Assembly: GCF_000014785.1 (NCBI RefSeq)
Contig: NC_008340.1
Coordinates: 570,001-602,000, forward strand
Direction: 5' to 3'
DNA from: Alkalilimnicola ehrlichii MLHE-1
GTDB taxonomy: Bacteria; Pseudomonadota; Gammaproteobacteria; Nitrococcales; Halorhodospiraceae
DNA length: 32,000 nucleotides
The notes under the pieces were generated by a model. The model made no database searches. It was not told the DNA's origin and saw nothing but the letters and a program-made list of their open reading frames with translations. Of this stretch, positions 1 through 8,396 are shown one piece after another; within the stretch, counting starts at the first letter, position 1, and the number at the start of each line of letters is the position of its first letter. The translations under genes were made by a program, and so were the position numbers.

Positions 1-330
1 GGCGGCCGGGGCCACGCAGAGCAGGGCCAGTGTGCTGCCCATGCCGCGGTGGCGGCGGTTGCTCTCGGTGTGGGCGAGCAGGGCCTGGTTGGCCAGCTGT
101 GCGAGTTTGCGCGGTTCGCCCCCGGATTCCAGCCAGGTGTGGTCGGCACCGTGGTGGTTGCGGGCGATGGCCAGTACCGTCTCCACCGCCAGGCTGGCGG
201 CCACCTCCCCATGGGGCCGGTTACCGGCGCCATCGGCCAGTACCGCGACCCCCGCCGGCAGGTCGTAGCCAAAATGATCCTCATTGTGGGGCCGGCCCAG
301 GCCCGGTTCGGTGAAACCACCCGCTTGCAT
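1..330 (-). CDS. PP2C-family protein serine/threonine phosphatase, partial (C-terminus beyond window edge)
   Basis: Manual reverse-strand translation from ATG at 330: MQAGGFTEPGLGRPHNEDHFGYDLPAGVAVLADGAGNRPHGEVAASLAVETVLAIARN...RRHRGMGSTLALLCVAPAA. PP2C motifs GLGRPHNED, ADGAG and GMGSTL are present. No stop before position 1, so it is absent from the ORF track. Confidence 0.85.
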   Translation of the reverse strand, partial: MQAGGFTEPGLGRPHNEDHFGYDLPAGVAVLADGAGNRPHGEVAASLAVETVLAIARNHHGADHTWLESGGEPRKLAQLANQALLAHTESNRRHRGMGSTLALLCVAPAA

Positions 331-426
331 GGAAAGTTGCCCTCTGGAAGACGCGGAAACAGCCCTGGATTGTGCCAAGCCAGGGCCGTCGGGGAAAGCC
401 GGGGCCGGATGCCCGGCCGAGGGCGG

Positions 427-1107
427 TCAGTGGAAGCTGTGTGCCAGGGGGGCGTCTGGGCCCTCACGGCGGTGGTCCGGGGCCGAGGGCGCCGGCTGCC
501 GGTCCAGGCCGAGGGCCCGCGCCTGAACCTGGAGCTGGCGGTCCAGGGGGCCGTCGGGTGCGTCGACTACCACCAGCAGTCCCGCTCGATCCTCCAGGGC
601 AAGCTGCAGGATGCGCCCACAGGCCGCACTGGTGGTGCCCGCCTCGGGTAACAGCACGGGCACCAGTTGAAACGGCGGAAGCACCCGTTGCAGGTAGGGC
701 AGGGGGGCCTCCAGCCGGTGTTCCAGCGCGTGTGCCCGGTCGTCCAGGGCGCCTCCCGCATCGTCCTGCAGGCGCTCGATCCCGGCCGCATCCAGGGTCA
801 GGCGGCCCAGCGGGGTGGCGAACTGCCGTTTGCCACTGAAGGCGGGGCCTTCAGCCGTGCGGTGGGGGGTTGTGGCCAGCAGATAGACCCGATTCGGTGG
901 CGCGGCTGCAGCCTGCAGCAGGCTGCACGCCGCGGCGATGGCCGCCCCGGCCCGGGCCTGGCCGCCGGGTGGCAGGACCAGCGCCCGGGGGCGGGTACCC
1001 AGGGTTGGATGCGCCCGCAGCAGGGTGTCGAGGGACTGGCGCAACAGCTCCGGATGGCCGGGATAGAACAGGCCTGCAGCGACGGGACGGCGCACTTCGC
1101 TCATATT
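427..1107 (-). CDS. AmmeMemoRadiSam system protein B / Memo-like family protein (divergent)
   Basis: MSEVRRPVAAGLFYPGHPELLRQSLDTLL..., with TPLGRLTLD and EHRLEAPLPYLQRVLPPFQLVPVLL, resembles Memo family proteins. Start taken at the internal MSEV; the ORF itself extends to 1167. Confidence 0.75.
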   Translation of the reverse strand, partial: NMSEVRRPVAAGLFYPGHPELLRQSLDTLLRAHPTLGTRPRALVLPPGGQARAGAAIAAACSLLQAAAAPPNRVYLLATTPHRTAEGPAFSGKRQFATPLGRLTLDAAGIERLQDDAGGALDDRAHALEHRLEAPLPYLQRVLPPFQLVPVLLPEAGTTSAACGRILQLALEDRAGLLVVVDAPDGPLDRQLQVQARALGLDRQPAPSAPDHRREGPDAPLAHSFH

Positions 1108-1290
1108 GGACTCCCCCGGTGGGGTGTGCGGGTGGGGCCATAAGGGCTCACCCGGGCATGGGAACACCCCATGAATGGACGTGGCTTACCTTCAAGTTAT
1201 GCCATTCACGCGGGCTTGCAAGGCGCTTGGGGGAAAGCTTCCGGGGCGCAGCATAGGGGTGGGGACGGGGCTTTTGCGCTGGGACAACGA

Positions 1291-1324
1291 AAATGGCCGC
1301 CTCCCCCGGGGGGGGAGGCGGCCA
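1291..1324 (-). terminator. Probable rho-independent terminator for the 1349-1648 gene
   Basis: Reverse strand TGGCCGCCTCCCCCCCCGGGGGAGGCGGCCATTTTCG: long GC-rich perfect stem followed by a short T run, just downstream of the minus-strand stop. Confidence 0.6.
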
Positions 1325-1348
1325 GGACGACGCCACCCTGTGGTCGGC

Positions 1349-1648
1349 TCAGGCCACGCGCCGGGCGTGGGCCTCGTTGCTGGCCTCGCCGTGGGCATTC
1401 ACCGCGCGCAGGGTGTGCTCGTCGTACTGGTCCGGTCGGGGTTGCTCCTCCACCGGCAGCACCTGGCCGCGCCGGCCCAGCAGTCGGGCGAGTTTGCCCC
1501 GGATCCCACGCAGCATCTCGCGCAGCACGACGGCGCGCTGTTCGGCCATGGCCTGTTGCATCCAGGCTTGGCGCTCCGCCTCGGTCATCCGCGCGAGCCG
1601 CTCGCAGGTCAGGGTCACCCGATCCAGATCACGTACCATTTCAGCCAT
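1349..1648 (-). CDS. Hypothetical small basic protein (99 aa)
   Basis: ORF MAEMVRDLDRVTLTCERLARMTEAERQAWMQQAMAEQ... preceded by AGGAGGTGCGGT-ATG (strong Shine-Dalgarno) and followed by a terminator-like hairpin. Confidence 0.6.
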   Translation of the reverse strand: MAEMVRDLDRVTLTCERLARMTEAERQAWMQQAMAEQRAVVLREMLRGIRGKLARLLGRRGQVLPVEEQPRPDQYDEHTLRAVNAHGEASNEAHARRVA

Positions 1649-1937
1649 ACCGCACCTCCTGAAGACGTATCGTCGTCGCGACGATCGTCACACCCGTCGA
1701 TTGAAAAAGCCGATAACTGTGCTTCCGCAACACCCGTGCCGGGTGTGCCGCCCGGAGGCCTCCGGGCCAGTCGTTGTCTGGTGTTGATGTCCGGCGCCGG
1801 AAGGCGGCCTGGAGCGCGGGGTGCCCTGGGATGGACTCCGTCTCTCAACGTTGGCTGTATGGTAAGACCACGCACCATGACGGGGCAATGGCCGTAAGCC
1901 CCAAAAATGATTGAAGGTTTTTATGGTTCGAAGGGGG

Positions 1938-1995
1938 CCGTCGGGCTAAGGCTGATGGATCCGGAAGGAGGGGGCCGTCAGCCTTGGCCCGACGG
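1938..1995. repeat. Imperfect inverted repeat, 18-bp arms with 22-nt loop
   Basis: CCGTCGGGCTAAGGCTGA (1938-1955) against TCAGCCTTGGCCCGACGG (1978-1995); one G-T type mismatch. Confidence 0.7.
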
Positions 1996-2038
1996 AGGGG
2001 GCTGCCCTTCCGGCGGGTGGGTAAGGCGGGGCCGTCGG

Positions 2039-2590
2039 TTAGATCAGACCCGTCTGCAGGCGGGCGGCCTCCGACATCATGCTTTGATTCCAGGGCGGAT
2101 CAAAGACCAGCTCCACGTTCACATCCTTGACCGTGGGCACCATGGCCACCTTGGCCCGGACGTCGTCGGCCAGGATATCGCCCATGCCGCAGCCGGGTGC
2201 GGTCAGGGTCATGCGGATGTCGACCCGGCGCTGCCCCTCCTCGTCCTTGGTGATATCGCAGCCGTAGATCAGGCCCAACTCGACGATGCTGATGGGGATC
2301 TCCGGGTCGTAGCAGGTGTCCATCTGCTCCCAGATCAGCTTCTCCACGTCCTCGTCGGTGGCGTTGGGGGGCAGTTCGGGGGGCTGGGGCGGCTCCTTGC
2401 CGATGGCGTCCGCGTCCTTGCCGGCGACACGGAACAAATGGCCCTGGATGTAGACGGTGAAGCTGCCGCCCAGTGCCTGGGTGAGGACGCCCTCGGCGCC
2501 CTTGGGGATGGTGCCGGACTCACCGGCCGGAATGACGACGGCCTCGCAGTCCCGCTCGAAGACCACCGGTTCGCCCCTGGGGCTATACAT
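2039..2590 (-). CDS. sufT: Putative Fe-S cluster assembly protein SufT (DUF59/MIP18-like)
   Basis: MYSPRGEPVVFERDCEAVVIPAGESGTIPKG...LIWEQMDTCYDPEIPISIVELGLIYGC...MTLTAPGCGMGDILADDV...VKDVNVELVFDPPWNQSMMSEAA; typical DUF59 motifs; GGAGG Shine-Dalgarno before the start at 2590. Confidence 0.9.
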   Translation of the reverse strand: MYSPRGEPVVFERDCEAVVIPAGESGTIPKGAEGVLTQALGGSFTVYIQGHLFRVAGKDADAIGKEPPQPPELPPNATDEDVEKLIWEQMDTCYDPEIPISIVELGLIYGCDITKDEEGQRRVDIRMTLTAPGCGMGDILADDVRAKVAMVPTVKDVNVELVFDPPWNQSMMSEAARLQTGLI

Positions 2591-2775
2591 GAAACGCCTC
2601 CTAAACCCAAGTAGTTGGCTCAGCAATTGGCGTATTTTACCAAGGGTGAGCGAAGACGCCAGCGGTGTGCCGTGATTCGGCCCAGGGCCGGCGTCGTCAT
2701 TGCCGCTTTGCCCCTTCGCTTCTAAGCTGAAGGCACCCGCTCACCGCAGCCGCCGGCTGGAAAGGAGAACCGACA

Positions 2776-3507
2776 GTGTCGAGCCATGAGGCAGCTATCC
2801 GAGAGGCACTTGACGACAAGGGTGTGGTGGTCTTCTGTTCCGAGCTCACCGAGACCGGGATGCTGAAAGCCGCGGCCGAGGCACGCGGGCAGCCCTACCG
2901 GGAGGTGCGCATGGGGATGGGGGATGCCGCCATGCGCGAGCGCTTTCACGCCCTGCAGGCGATGACCGGGCACAAGACATTGCCCCAGGTCTTTGTCGAC
3001 GGGCGCTTCGTCGGCGGCCTGCAGGACTACCTGGACCCACCGCAGGCGGGGGCCGCCGGGCTCGGGCCCGAGGCCCGGACCTGGGTACAGCGCCTGAGCT
3101 ATGCCGGGCTGCTGCCCTTCGCCTTCGGCGTGCTGGTGCTGCTGTTTGCGGCCGTGGACTCGGCCACCGGGCGGTTTTTCTCACTCTGGTTGATGGCCTA
3201 CGGGGCGGTGATCCTCAGCTTTCTTGGTGCCACCCACTGGGGCATGTCGCTGGCCCGGGGGACGGGGGACGTGCGCGGCCTGGTGGCCGCGGTGATCCCT
3301 CCGCTGGTGGGCTGGTTGGCCCTGTTGCTCCTGCCCTGGGCCGGGCTGCCCCTGCTGCTGCTTGGGTTCCTGGGGTGGTGGCTTTACGAGCGCCGGGCGG
3401 CCGGGGTGCTTCAGTTGCCGGATTGGTATCAGCAACTGCGCTTCCGGCTCAGTGGGGTGGTGATCCTGCTGCTGGCGCTGGCCACCCTGCGGGTGTGGGT
3501 GGCCTGA
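2776..3507 (+). CDS. Glutaredoxin-like domain fused to DUF3429 membrane protein
   Basis: N-terminus VVVFCSELTETGM...GHKTLPQVFVDGRFVGGLQDY (glutaredoxin-like); C-terminus LSYAGLLPFAFGVL...LGATHWGMSLARG...WLALLLLPWAGLPLLLLGFLGWWLYERR (DUF3429-like). GTG start with AAGGAG Shine-Dalgarno. Confidence 0.8.
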   Translation: MSSHEAAIREALDDKGVVVFCSELTETGMLKAAAEARGQPYREVRMGMGDAAMRERFHALQAMTGHKTLPQVFVDGRFVGGLQDYLDPPQAGAAGLGPEARTWVQRLSYAGLLPFAFGVLVLLFAAVDSATGRFFSLWLMAYGAVILSFLGATHWGMSLARGTGDVRGLVAAVIPPLVGWLALLLLPWAGLPLLLLGFLGWWLYERRAAGVLQLPDWYQQLRFRLSGVVILLLALATLRVWVA

Positions 3508-3519
3508 ACAGCGCGGGGG

Positions 3520-4464
3520 TCAGTCGTTGGCGGCCCGGTCTCCGGCCTGCTCGCGCAAGGTTTCCAGTGTCTGGCGGAACTGGTTGCGGTGTGGCCCGCC
3601 TTCGGCGACGGCCTGCTCGGCCATCTGCAGGGCGCTGGACCACTGGCCCTGCTCGGCCAGGATCCAGGCCAGGTTGTTGTACACGGCGCCCGATCCCGCA
3701 TTGCGCTCCAGGGCCTGGCGCAGCAGGCGCTCCGCTTGCTCCAGGTCGCCCTGGGCGAAATGCAGATTGGCCAGCGCCACCGCCATGTGGGGGCTCTGCG
3801 GCCAGCGGCTGATACCGGCCTGCCAGGCGCGTTTGGCGGCGGCCTGCTGACCGGTGGCCTCCAGGGCGTGGGCGGCCTCCATGTAGCGTCCGGGGTCGGC
3901 ACTGGCCGGGACCTGGCCCGGCTCGAGCACCACCAGCGCCCAGCTCTCGCCGCGTGCCCAGGTCCGCAGGAAGGTGTTCACAGGCGTGCGGTGGCGCTCG
4001 TGGGGACCGGAGCGCAGGATGAACTCGTCCGCTGCCGGGTCCAGACCCACCAGCACCGCGTAGTGCCAGCGCGGGGCGATGCCCAGGCCTAGGTTCTGCA
4101 GGACGACCACCGGATGGCCGGCCTCCAGTTCCGTGATCAGGGCCTCGGTGCGGGGGCGCAGCACGTAGGCCAGCCGCCCCTGATGCCGCGCCTGCGCCAC
4201 CAGTTCGCTTTGCAGGGTGCCCCCCCGCTCCGGTACGTGCAGTGCCGGGATCAGGGCCTCTGGGGTGGTCTCCACCCCGCTCCACTCCAGCACCGTGGCC
4301 AGCGAGGCCGGGCCGCAGTAGAGCGTCTCATCGGGGTGGAAGGGCACGTCCGCTATCTCCACCGCCGGTGGCGGCTCCGGCAGCCCCTCGCGCAGGGTGC
4401 TGGTGCTGGCACACCCGGCCAGCACCAGCAGGCAGATCACCAGTCCCGCGGCACGCCAGGCCAT
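3520..4464 (-). CDS. PA2778-family cysteine peptidase (C39-like) with C-terminal TPR, predicted lipoprotein
   Basis: Lipobox VLAGC, catalytic-type motif LYCGPASLATVLEWSG, RWHYAVLVGLD, and TPR-like ANLHFAQGDLEQAERLLRQALERNAGSGAVYNNLAWILAEQG. Confidence 0.85.
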   Translation of the reverse strand: MAWRAAGLVICLLVLAGCASTSTLREGLPEPPPAVEIADVPFHPDETLYCGPASLATVLEWSGVETTPEALIPALHVPERGGTLQSELVAQARHQGRLAYVLRPRTEALITELEAGHPVVVLQNLGLGIAPRWHYAVLVGLDPAADEFILRSGPHERHRTPVNTFLRTWARGESWALVVLEPGQVPASADPGRYMEAAHALEATGQQAAAKRAWQAGISRWPQSPHMAVALANLHFAQGDLEQAERLLRQALERNAGSGAVYNNLAWILAEQGQWSSALQMAEQAVAEGGPHRNQFRQTLETLREQAGDRAAND

Positions 4465-4889
4465 CAGTTCGCGGTGCGGGTGACGAAGGGATAGACGTCG
4501 GTGAAACCGAGGATGTCCGTCACCAGCAGCACCAGAAAGATCAGGACGGCCGCGCCCACCACGGTCCCCAGACCGGCCCCGGCCGGCAGGTCCTCAAGGC
4601 GGCCGTGCATCTCGGCCACCTCCTGATCGGTCAGCAGGTCCACCCGCTGTTCCGCCTCGGTCGGGTCCACGCCCAGCCGGGCGAGTTGGTCGCGCACCTC
4701 GTCGCGGGCCAGAAAGGCCTGCAGCTCGGCGCGCATCTGCTCGCCGCGCATTTCCTCGACCAGGGTCTCGGTGGCCACCATGCCGGCAGGGTTGCCTTGG
4801 GCGGCAATGGGGGCGGCCATGCTGAGCAGCATCAGTCCGGTCAGCAGCAGCGCGGTGAAGCGACGGATCGTGGGGTGCATCATGCTCAT
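4464..4889 (-). CDS. PA2779-family small secreted/membrane protein
   Basis: MSMMHPTIRRFTALLLTGLMLLSMAAPIAAQ... ARDEVRDQLARLGVDPTEAEQRVDLLTDQEVAEMHGRLEDLPAGAG plus C-terminal hydrophobic segment. Directly upstream of and overlapping the PA2778-like gene; Shine-Dalgarno GAGGAGA. Confidence 0.75.
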   Translation of the reverse strand: MSMMHPTIRRFTALLLTGLMLLSMAAPIAAQGNPAGMVATETLVEEMRGEQMRAELQAFLARDEVRDQLARLGVDPTEAEQRVDLLTDQEVAEMHGRLEDLPAGAGLGTVVGAAVLIFLVLLVTDILGFTDVYPFVTRTAN

Positions 4890-4916
4890 GGTGTCTCTCC
4901 TCACGGGTCAGCGGCG

Positions 4917-6485
4917 TTAGTCCTGGCGGCCCAACCACTGGATGCGGTAGAGGTCCAGCCGCCGGTCGCGGTAATTGCGCACTGAGCCCTCGTTGCGCAG
5001 CTCGGTCAGTTTGTCCAGGTCCAGGTCGACGATCAGGGTCATCTCGGTGTTGGGAGTGGATTCCGCCACGATAGCATCGTGGGGAAAGGCAAAGTCCGCC
5101 GGCGAGAAGACCGCCGACTGGGAGTACTGGATGTCGATGTTCTCGATGTCCGGCAGGTTGCCGACGCTGCCGGTGATGACCGTGTAGCACTCGTTCTCGA
5201 TGGCGCGTGCCTGGGCACAGCGGCGCACCCGAAGGTAACCGGTCTTGGTGTCCACCCAGTACGGCACGAACAGTATCTCCACGCCCTGCTGTGACAGTAT
5301 ACGCGCCAGCTCCGGGAACTCAGCGTCGTAGCAGATGAGGATGCCCACGCGGCCGACGTCGGTCTCGAACACCTTGAGGCTGTCGCCCCCGCGCACCCCC
5401 CAGTAGCTGCGCTCGTCCGGGGTGATGTGCAGCTTGTACTGGTGGTCGATGGTGCCGTCGCGCCGGCACAGGAACGAGACGTTGTACAGCACCTGGTCCC
5501 GGTAGACCGGCATGGAGCCGGCGACGATATTGATATTGTAGGAGACGGCGAGCCGGGACATCGCCTCGCAGATATCGTCCGTGTACTGGGCCATGCCGCG
5601 GATGGCCTCGGCCGGGTTGTCCTGGTTGAACTGGGCCAGCAGCGGGGCGTTGAAGAACTCGGGCAACAGGGCGAAGTCCGCGTTGTAGCCGGCCACCGCG
5701 TCGACGAAGAACTCCACCTGCCCCATCAACTCCTCCAGCGAGGTGACCGGGCGCATCTGCCACTGCACCGCGCCCACCCGCACCACCTTGCTGCGGGCGG
5801 CGATCAGCGGGGGCTCGGCGGCCTCGTAGAAGATGTTGTTCCACTGTACCAGGGTGGCGTAGGCGTGGGACTCGCGGTCCTCGGGCATGTAGTCGGTGAT
5901 CACCCGGCGTACGTGGAAATCGTTGGCGAGCTGGAAGGAGAGGATGGGGTCGTAGATCTCCTTCTGCTTTACCAGCTCGATGTAGCGTTCCGGCGTCATC
6001 TCATCGGCGTGCTGCTTGTAGCCGGGGATGCGCCCGCCGGCGACGATGGCGCGCAGGTTGAGCCGCCGGCACAGCTCCTTGCGGGCGTCGTAAAGCCGTC
6101 GCCCCAGCCGCATGGCCCGGTATTCCGGGTCGACAAAGACGTCCACGCCGTAGAGCACATCGCCCTTCGGGTCGTGGGTGGTGAAATAGCCGTTGCCGGT
6201 GATCTCCTCGTAGGTGTGGCGATCGCCGAAGCGGCTGTAGTCCACGATCAGGGTGAGCGCCGCCGCCACCACCCGGCCGTTGTCCTCCACACAGATCTGG
6301 CCCTCCGGGAAGCGGTTGATCTGGGCGGCGAACTGCTCCCGCGACCAGGCCCCGCCCATACTGCCGGGGTAGACCTGGTCCATAATGTGCTTGATGTCCG
6401 GGTAGTCCTCCAGCTTGAGGTTGCGCAGGCGTAACCGGTGCTCCTCCAGATCGGAGCTGGTGGGGGCGTTGTCCTGCTCGCTCAT
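4917..6485 (-). CDS. Bifunctional GNAT N-acetyltransferase / carbon-nitrogen hydrolase family protein
   Basis: Starts at MSEQDNAPTSSDLEEHRLRLRNLKLEDYPDIKHIMDQVYPG (GNAT part). Nitrilase part has FALLPEFFNAPLL, YKLHITPDERSYWGVRGGD, ILICYDAEFPELARIL. The tracked 1162-aa ORF continues upstream only as antisense of tamA. Confidence 0.9.
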   Translation of the reverse strand: MSEQDNAPTSSDLEEHRLRLRNLKLEDYPDIKHIMDQVYPGSMGGAWSREQFAAQINRFPEGQICVEDNGRVVAAALTLIVDYSRFGDRHTYEEITGNGYFTTHDPKGDVLYGVDVFVDPEYRAMRLGRRLYDARKELCRRLNLRAIVAGGRIPGYKQHADEMTPERYIELVKQKEIYDPILSFQLANDFHVRRVITDYMPEDRESHAYATLVQWNNIFYEAAEPPLIAARSKVVRVGAVQWQMRPVTSLEELMGQVEFFVDAVAGYNADFALLPEFFNAPLLAQFNQDNPAEAIRGMAQYTDDICEAMSRLAVSYNINIVAGSMPVYRDQVLYNVSFLCRRDGTIDHQYKLHITPDERSYWGVRGGDSLKVFETDVGRVGILICYDAEFPELARILSQQGVEILFVPYWVDTKTGYLRVRRCAQARAIENECYTVITGSVGNLPDIENIDIQYSQSAVFSPADFAFPHDAIVAESTPNTEMTLIVDLDLDKLTELRNEGSVRNYRDRRLDLYRIQWLGRQD

Positions 6486-6599
6486 GCGAAGGCTCCGTGC
6501 GGCCGGGGTGATGCTGCGATTGTATAGGGCATCTTCCAATCGGGGCCAGTGTTCGAAGGCGCTTGCGCGCGGATGGCCCCCGTTGCTACAACGTAGAAA

Positions 6600-8396
6600 A
6601 TGATTGGTTCTTTCCTCCGGTCCCGGCCATGGAGCCTGCCACCGCTTGTGAATGTACCCGGCTTTTCGATCACCTGTCGCCGGCACCTCGTGGCCAGCGT
6701 CCTGGTCCTGCTGTTGGTCATGGCGCCGGCGGCCCATGGCGTGGAGGTCCGGGTGGAGGGCGTCAGTGGCGCCCTGCGGGACAATGTCGAGGCCTGGCTG
6801 GGCGAGCCCGCCGGCGACAGCCGCCGGGCCCTGCGCACTTACGAGCGCCAACTGCCGGAACGGGCCGCTCAGGCCCTCCAGGCGCTGGGTCACTACCGGC
6901 CGCAGATCGACGTCGAGCGCGAGGAGACCGATAACGGGCCGCGGTTCATCCTGCGCATCGATCCGGGCGAGCCGGTGCGCATCGCCGCGGTGGATCTGCG
7001 CATCGAGGGCGAGGCGCGTGACGACCCGGCTTTCGAGGGCATCCAGGCGCGGCTCGCCGTGCAGCCGGGTGACGTGCTGCGCCATGACCGCTACGAGACG
7101 GCCCGCCGGCAGCTGCAGAGCCTGGCGCTGGACCGGGGCTACTTCGATGCCCGCTACACCCGGCGGCGGGTGGAGGTGGACGTGGCGGCCGGTGAGGCCA
7201 CTGTGATGCTCCACTTCGATACCGGTCGTCGCTATCGGCTCGGGGAGGTGACGTTCTCCGAGACAGCGCTGGCCCCCTGGTTCCTTCAGCGGCTGGTGCC
7301 CTTCGAGCCCGGCGAGCCCTACCGGGCAGAGCACATCACCGCCCTCAACCGGGCCCTCCGGGACAGCGGGTACTTTGCCCGGGTCACCGTCCGCCCTGAG
7401 CCCCGGGAGGCCGACGAGGCCCTGCGGGTGCCGGTGGAGGTGGAGCTGACCGCCGAACGCGCCCACCAGGTCCGTCTGGGGGCGGGCTTCTCCACCGATG
7501 TCGGACCCCGCATCCGTGCCGGCTGGTCCCGGCCCTGGGTCAATCAACGGGGCCATAGCCTGTCGGTGGATACCGAGCTCTCGGAGCCGCGCCAAAACAT
7601 CTCCACCCGGTACAAGATCCCGCTGGCCGACCCGCTGCGCACCCAACTGATCCTCCAGGCGGGTTTCCAGTTCGAGGACATTGAGGACACCGAGAGCGAG
7701 CTGCTGACCGTCTCCGTGCAGCACCAGCACCGCTTCGACAGCGGTTGGCAGCAGAACCTGGGGCTCCGCTGGGACCGGGACCGGTTCACGGTCTCCGACG
7801 ACACCCGCACCACCACCCTCTATCTGCCCAGCGGCAGCTGGACCCGCAACCGGGCCCGGGGCGGCGCCGACCCCTACTGGGGCGATCGCCTGCTGTTCAG
7901 TGTCGAGGGCACGGACGAGTGGATGGGCTCCGATATCGACCTGCTCCGGGTGCGCACCGGGGCCCGGCTGCTGCGGAGTTTTGCGGACAACCACCGGATC
8001 CTGGTCCGTGGCGACTTGGGTGCGCTCATCTCCAGCCAGTTCGGCAAGGTGCCAACGTCCCTTCGCTTCTTTGCCGGCGGCGATCAGAGCGTGCGCGGTT
8101 ACCGCTACCAGACTCTGGGGCCGGAGGATGCCGAAGGCGATGTCATCGGCGGCCGCTATCTGGCGGTGGCCAGTGCCGAGTACGGCTATACCTTCCGGCC
8201 CCGCTGGCGGGCGGCCGTCTTCGCCGATGCCGGCAACGCCTTTGACGATCTGGACGACCCCGACCCACAGGTGGGGGCCGGGTTCGGTATCCGCTGGATC
8301 TCGCCGGTGGGCCCGATCCGGCTGGACTTCGCCTCGGCGCTCAGCAAATCGGGCAACCCCTGGCGGCTGCACTTCTCCATGGGGCCGGAGATATGA
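6600..8396 (+). CDS. tamA: Autotransporter assembly complex protein TamA (Omp85/BamA family)
   Basis: Signal-like N-terminus, POTRA-like repeats, C-terminal Omp85 motifs LRFFAGGDQSVRGYRYQTLGP and GIRWISPVGPIRLDFASAL; followed by a tamB-like ORF. Exact start uncertain. Confidence 0.9.
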   Translation: MIGSFLRSRPWSLPPLVNVPGFSITCRRHLVASVLVLLLVMAPAAHGVEVRVEGVSGALRDNVEAWLGEPAGDSRRALRTYERQLPERAAQALQALGHYRPQIDVEREETDNGPRFILRIDPGEPVRIAAVDLRIEGEARDDPAFEGIQARLAVQPGDVLRHDRYETARRQLQSLALDRGYFDARYTRRRVEVDVAAGEATVMLHFDTGRRYRLGEVTFSETALAPWFLQRLVPFEPGEPYRAEHITALNRALRDSGYFARVTVRPEPREADEALRVPVEVELTAERAHQVRLGAGFSTDVGPRIRAGWSRPWVNQRGHSLSVDTELSEPRQNISTRYKIPLADPLRTQLILQAGFQFEDIEDTESELLTVSVQHQHRFDSGWQQNLGLRWDRDRFTVSDDTRTTTLYLPSGSWTRNRARGGADPYWGDRLLFSVEGTDEWMGSDIDLLRVRTGARLLRSFADNHRILVRGDLGALISSQFGKVPTSLRFFAGGDQSVRGYRYQTLGPEDAEGDVIGGRYLAVASAEYGYTFRPRWRAAVFADAGNAFDDLDDPDPQVGAGFGIRWISPVGPIRLDFASALSKSGNPWRLHFSMGPEI

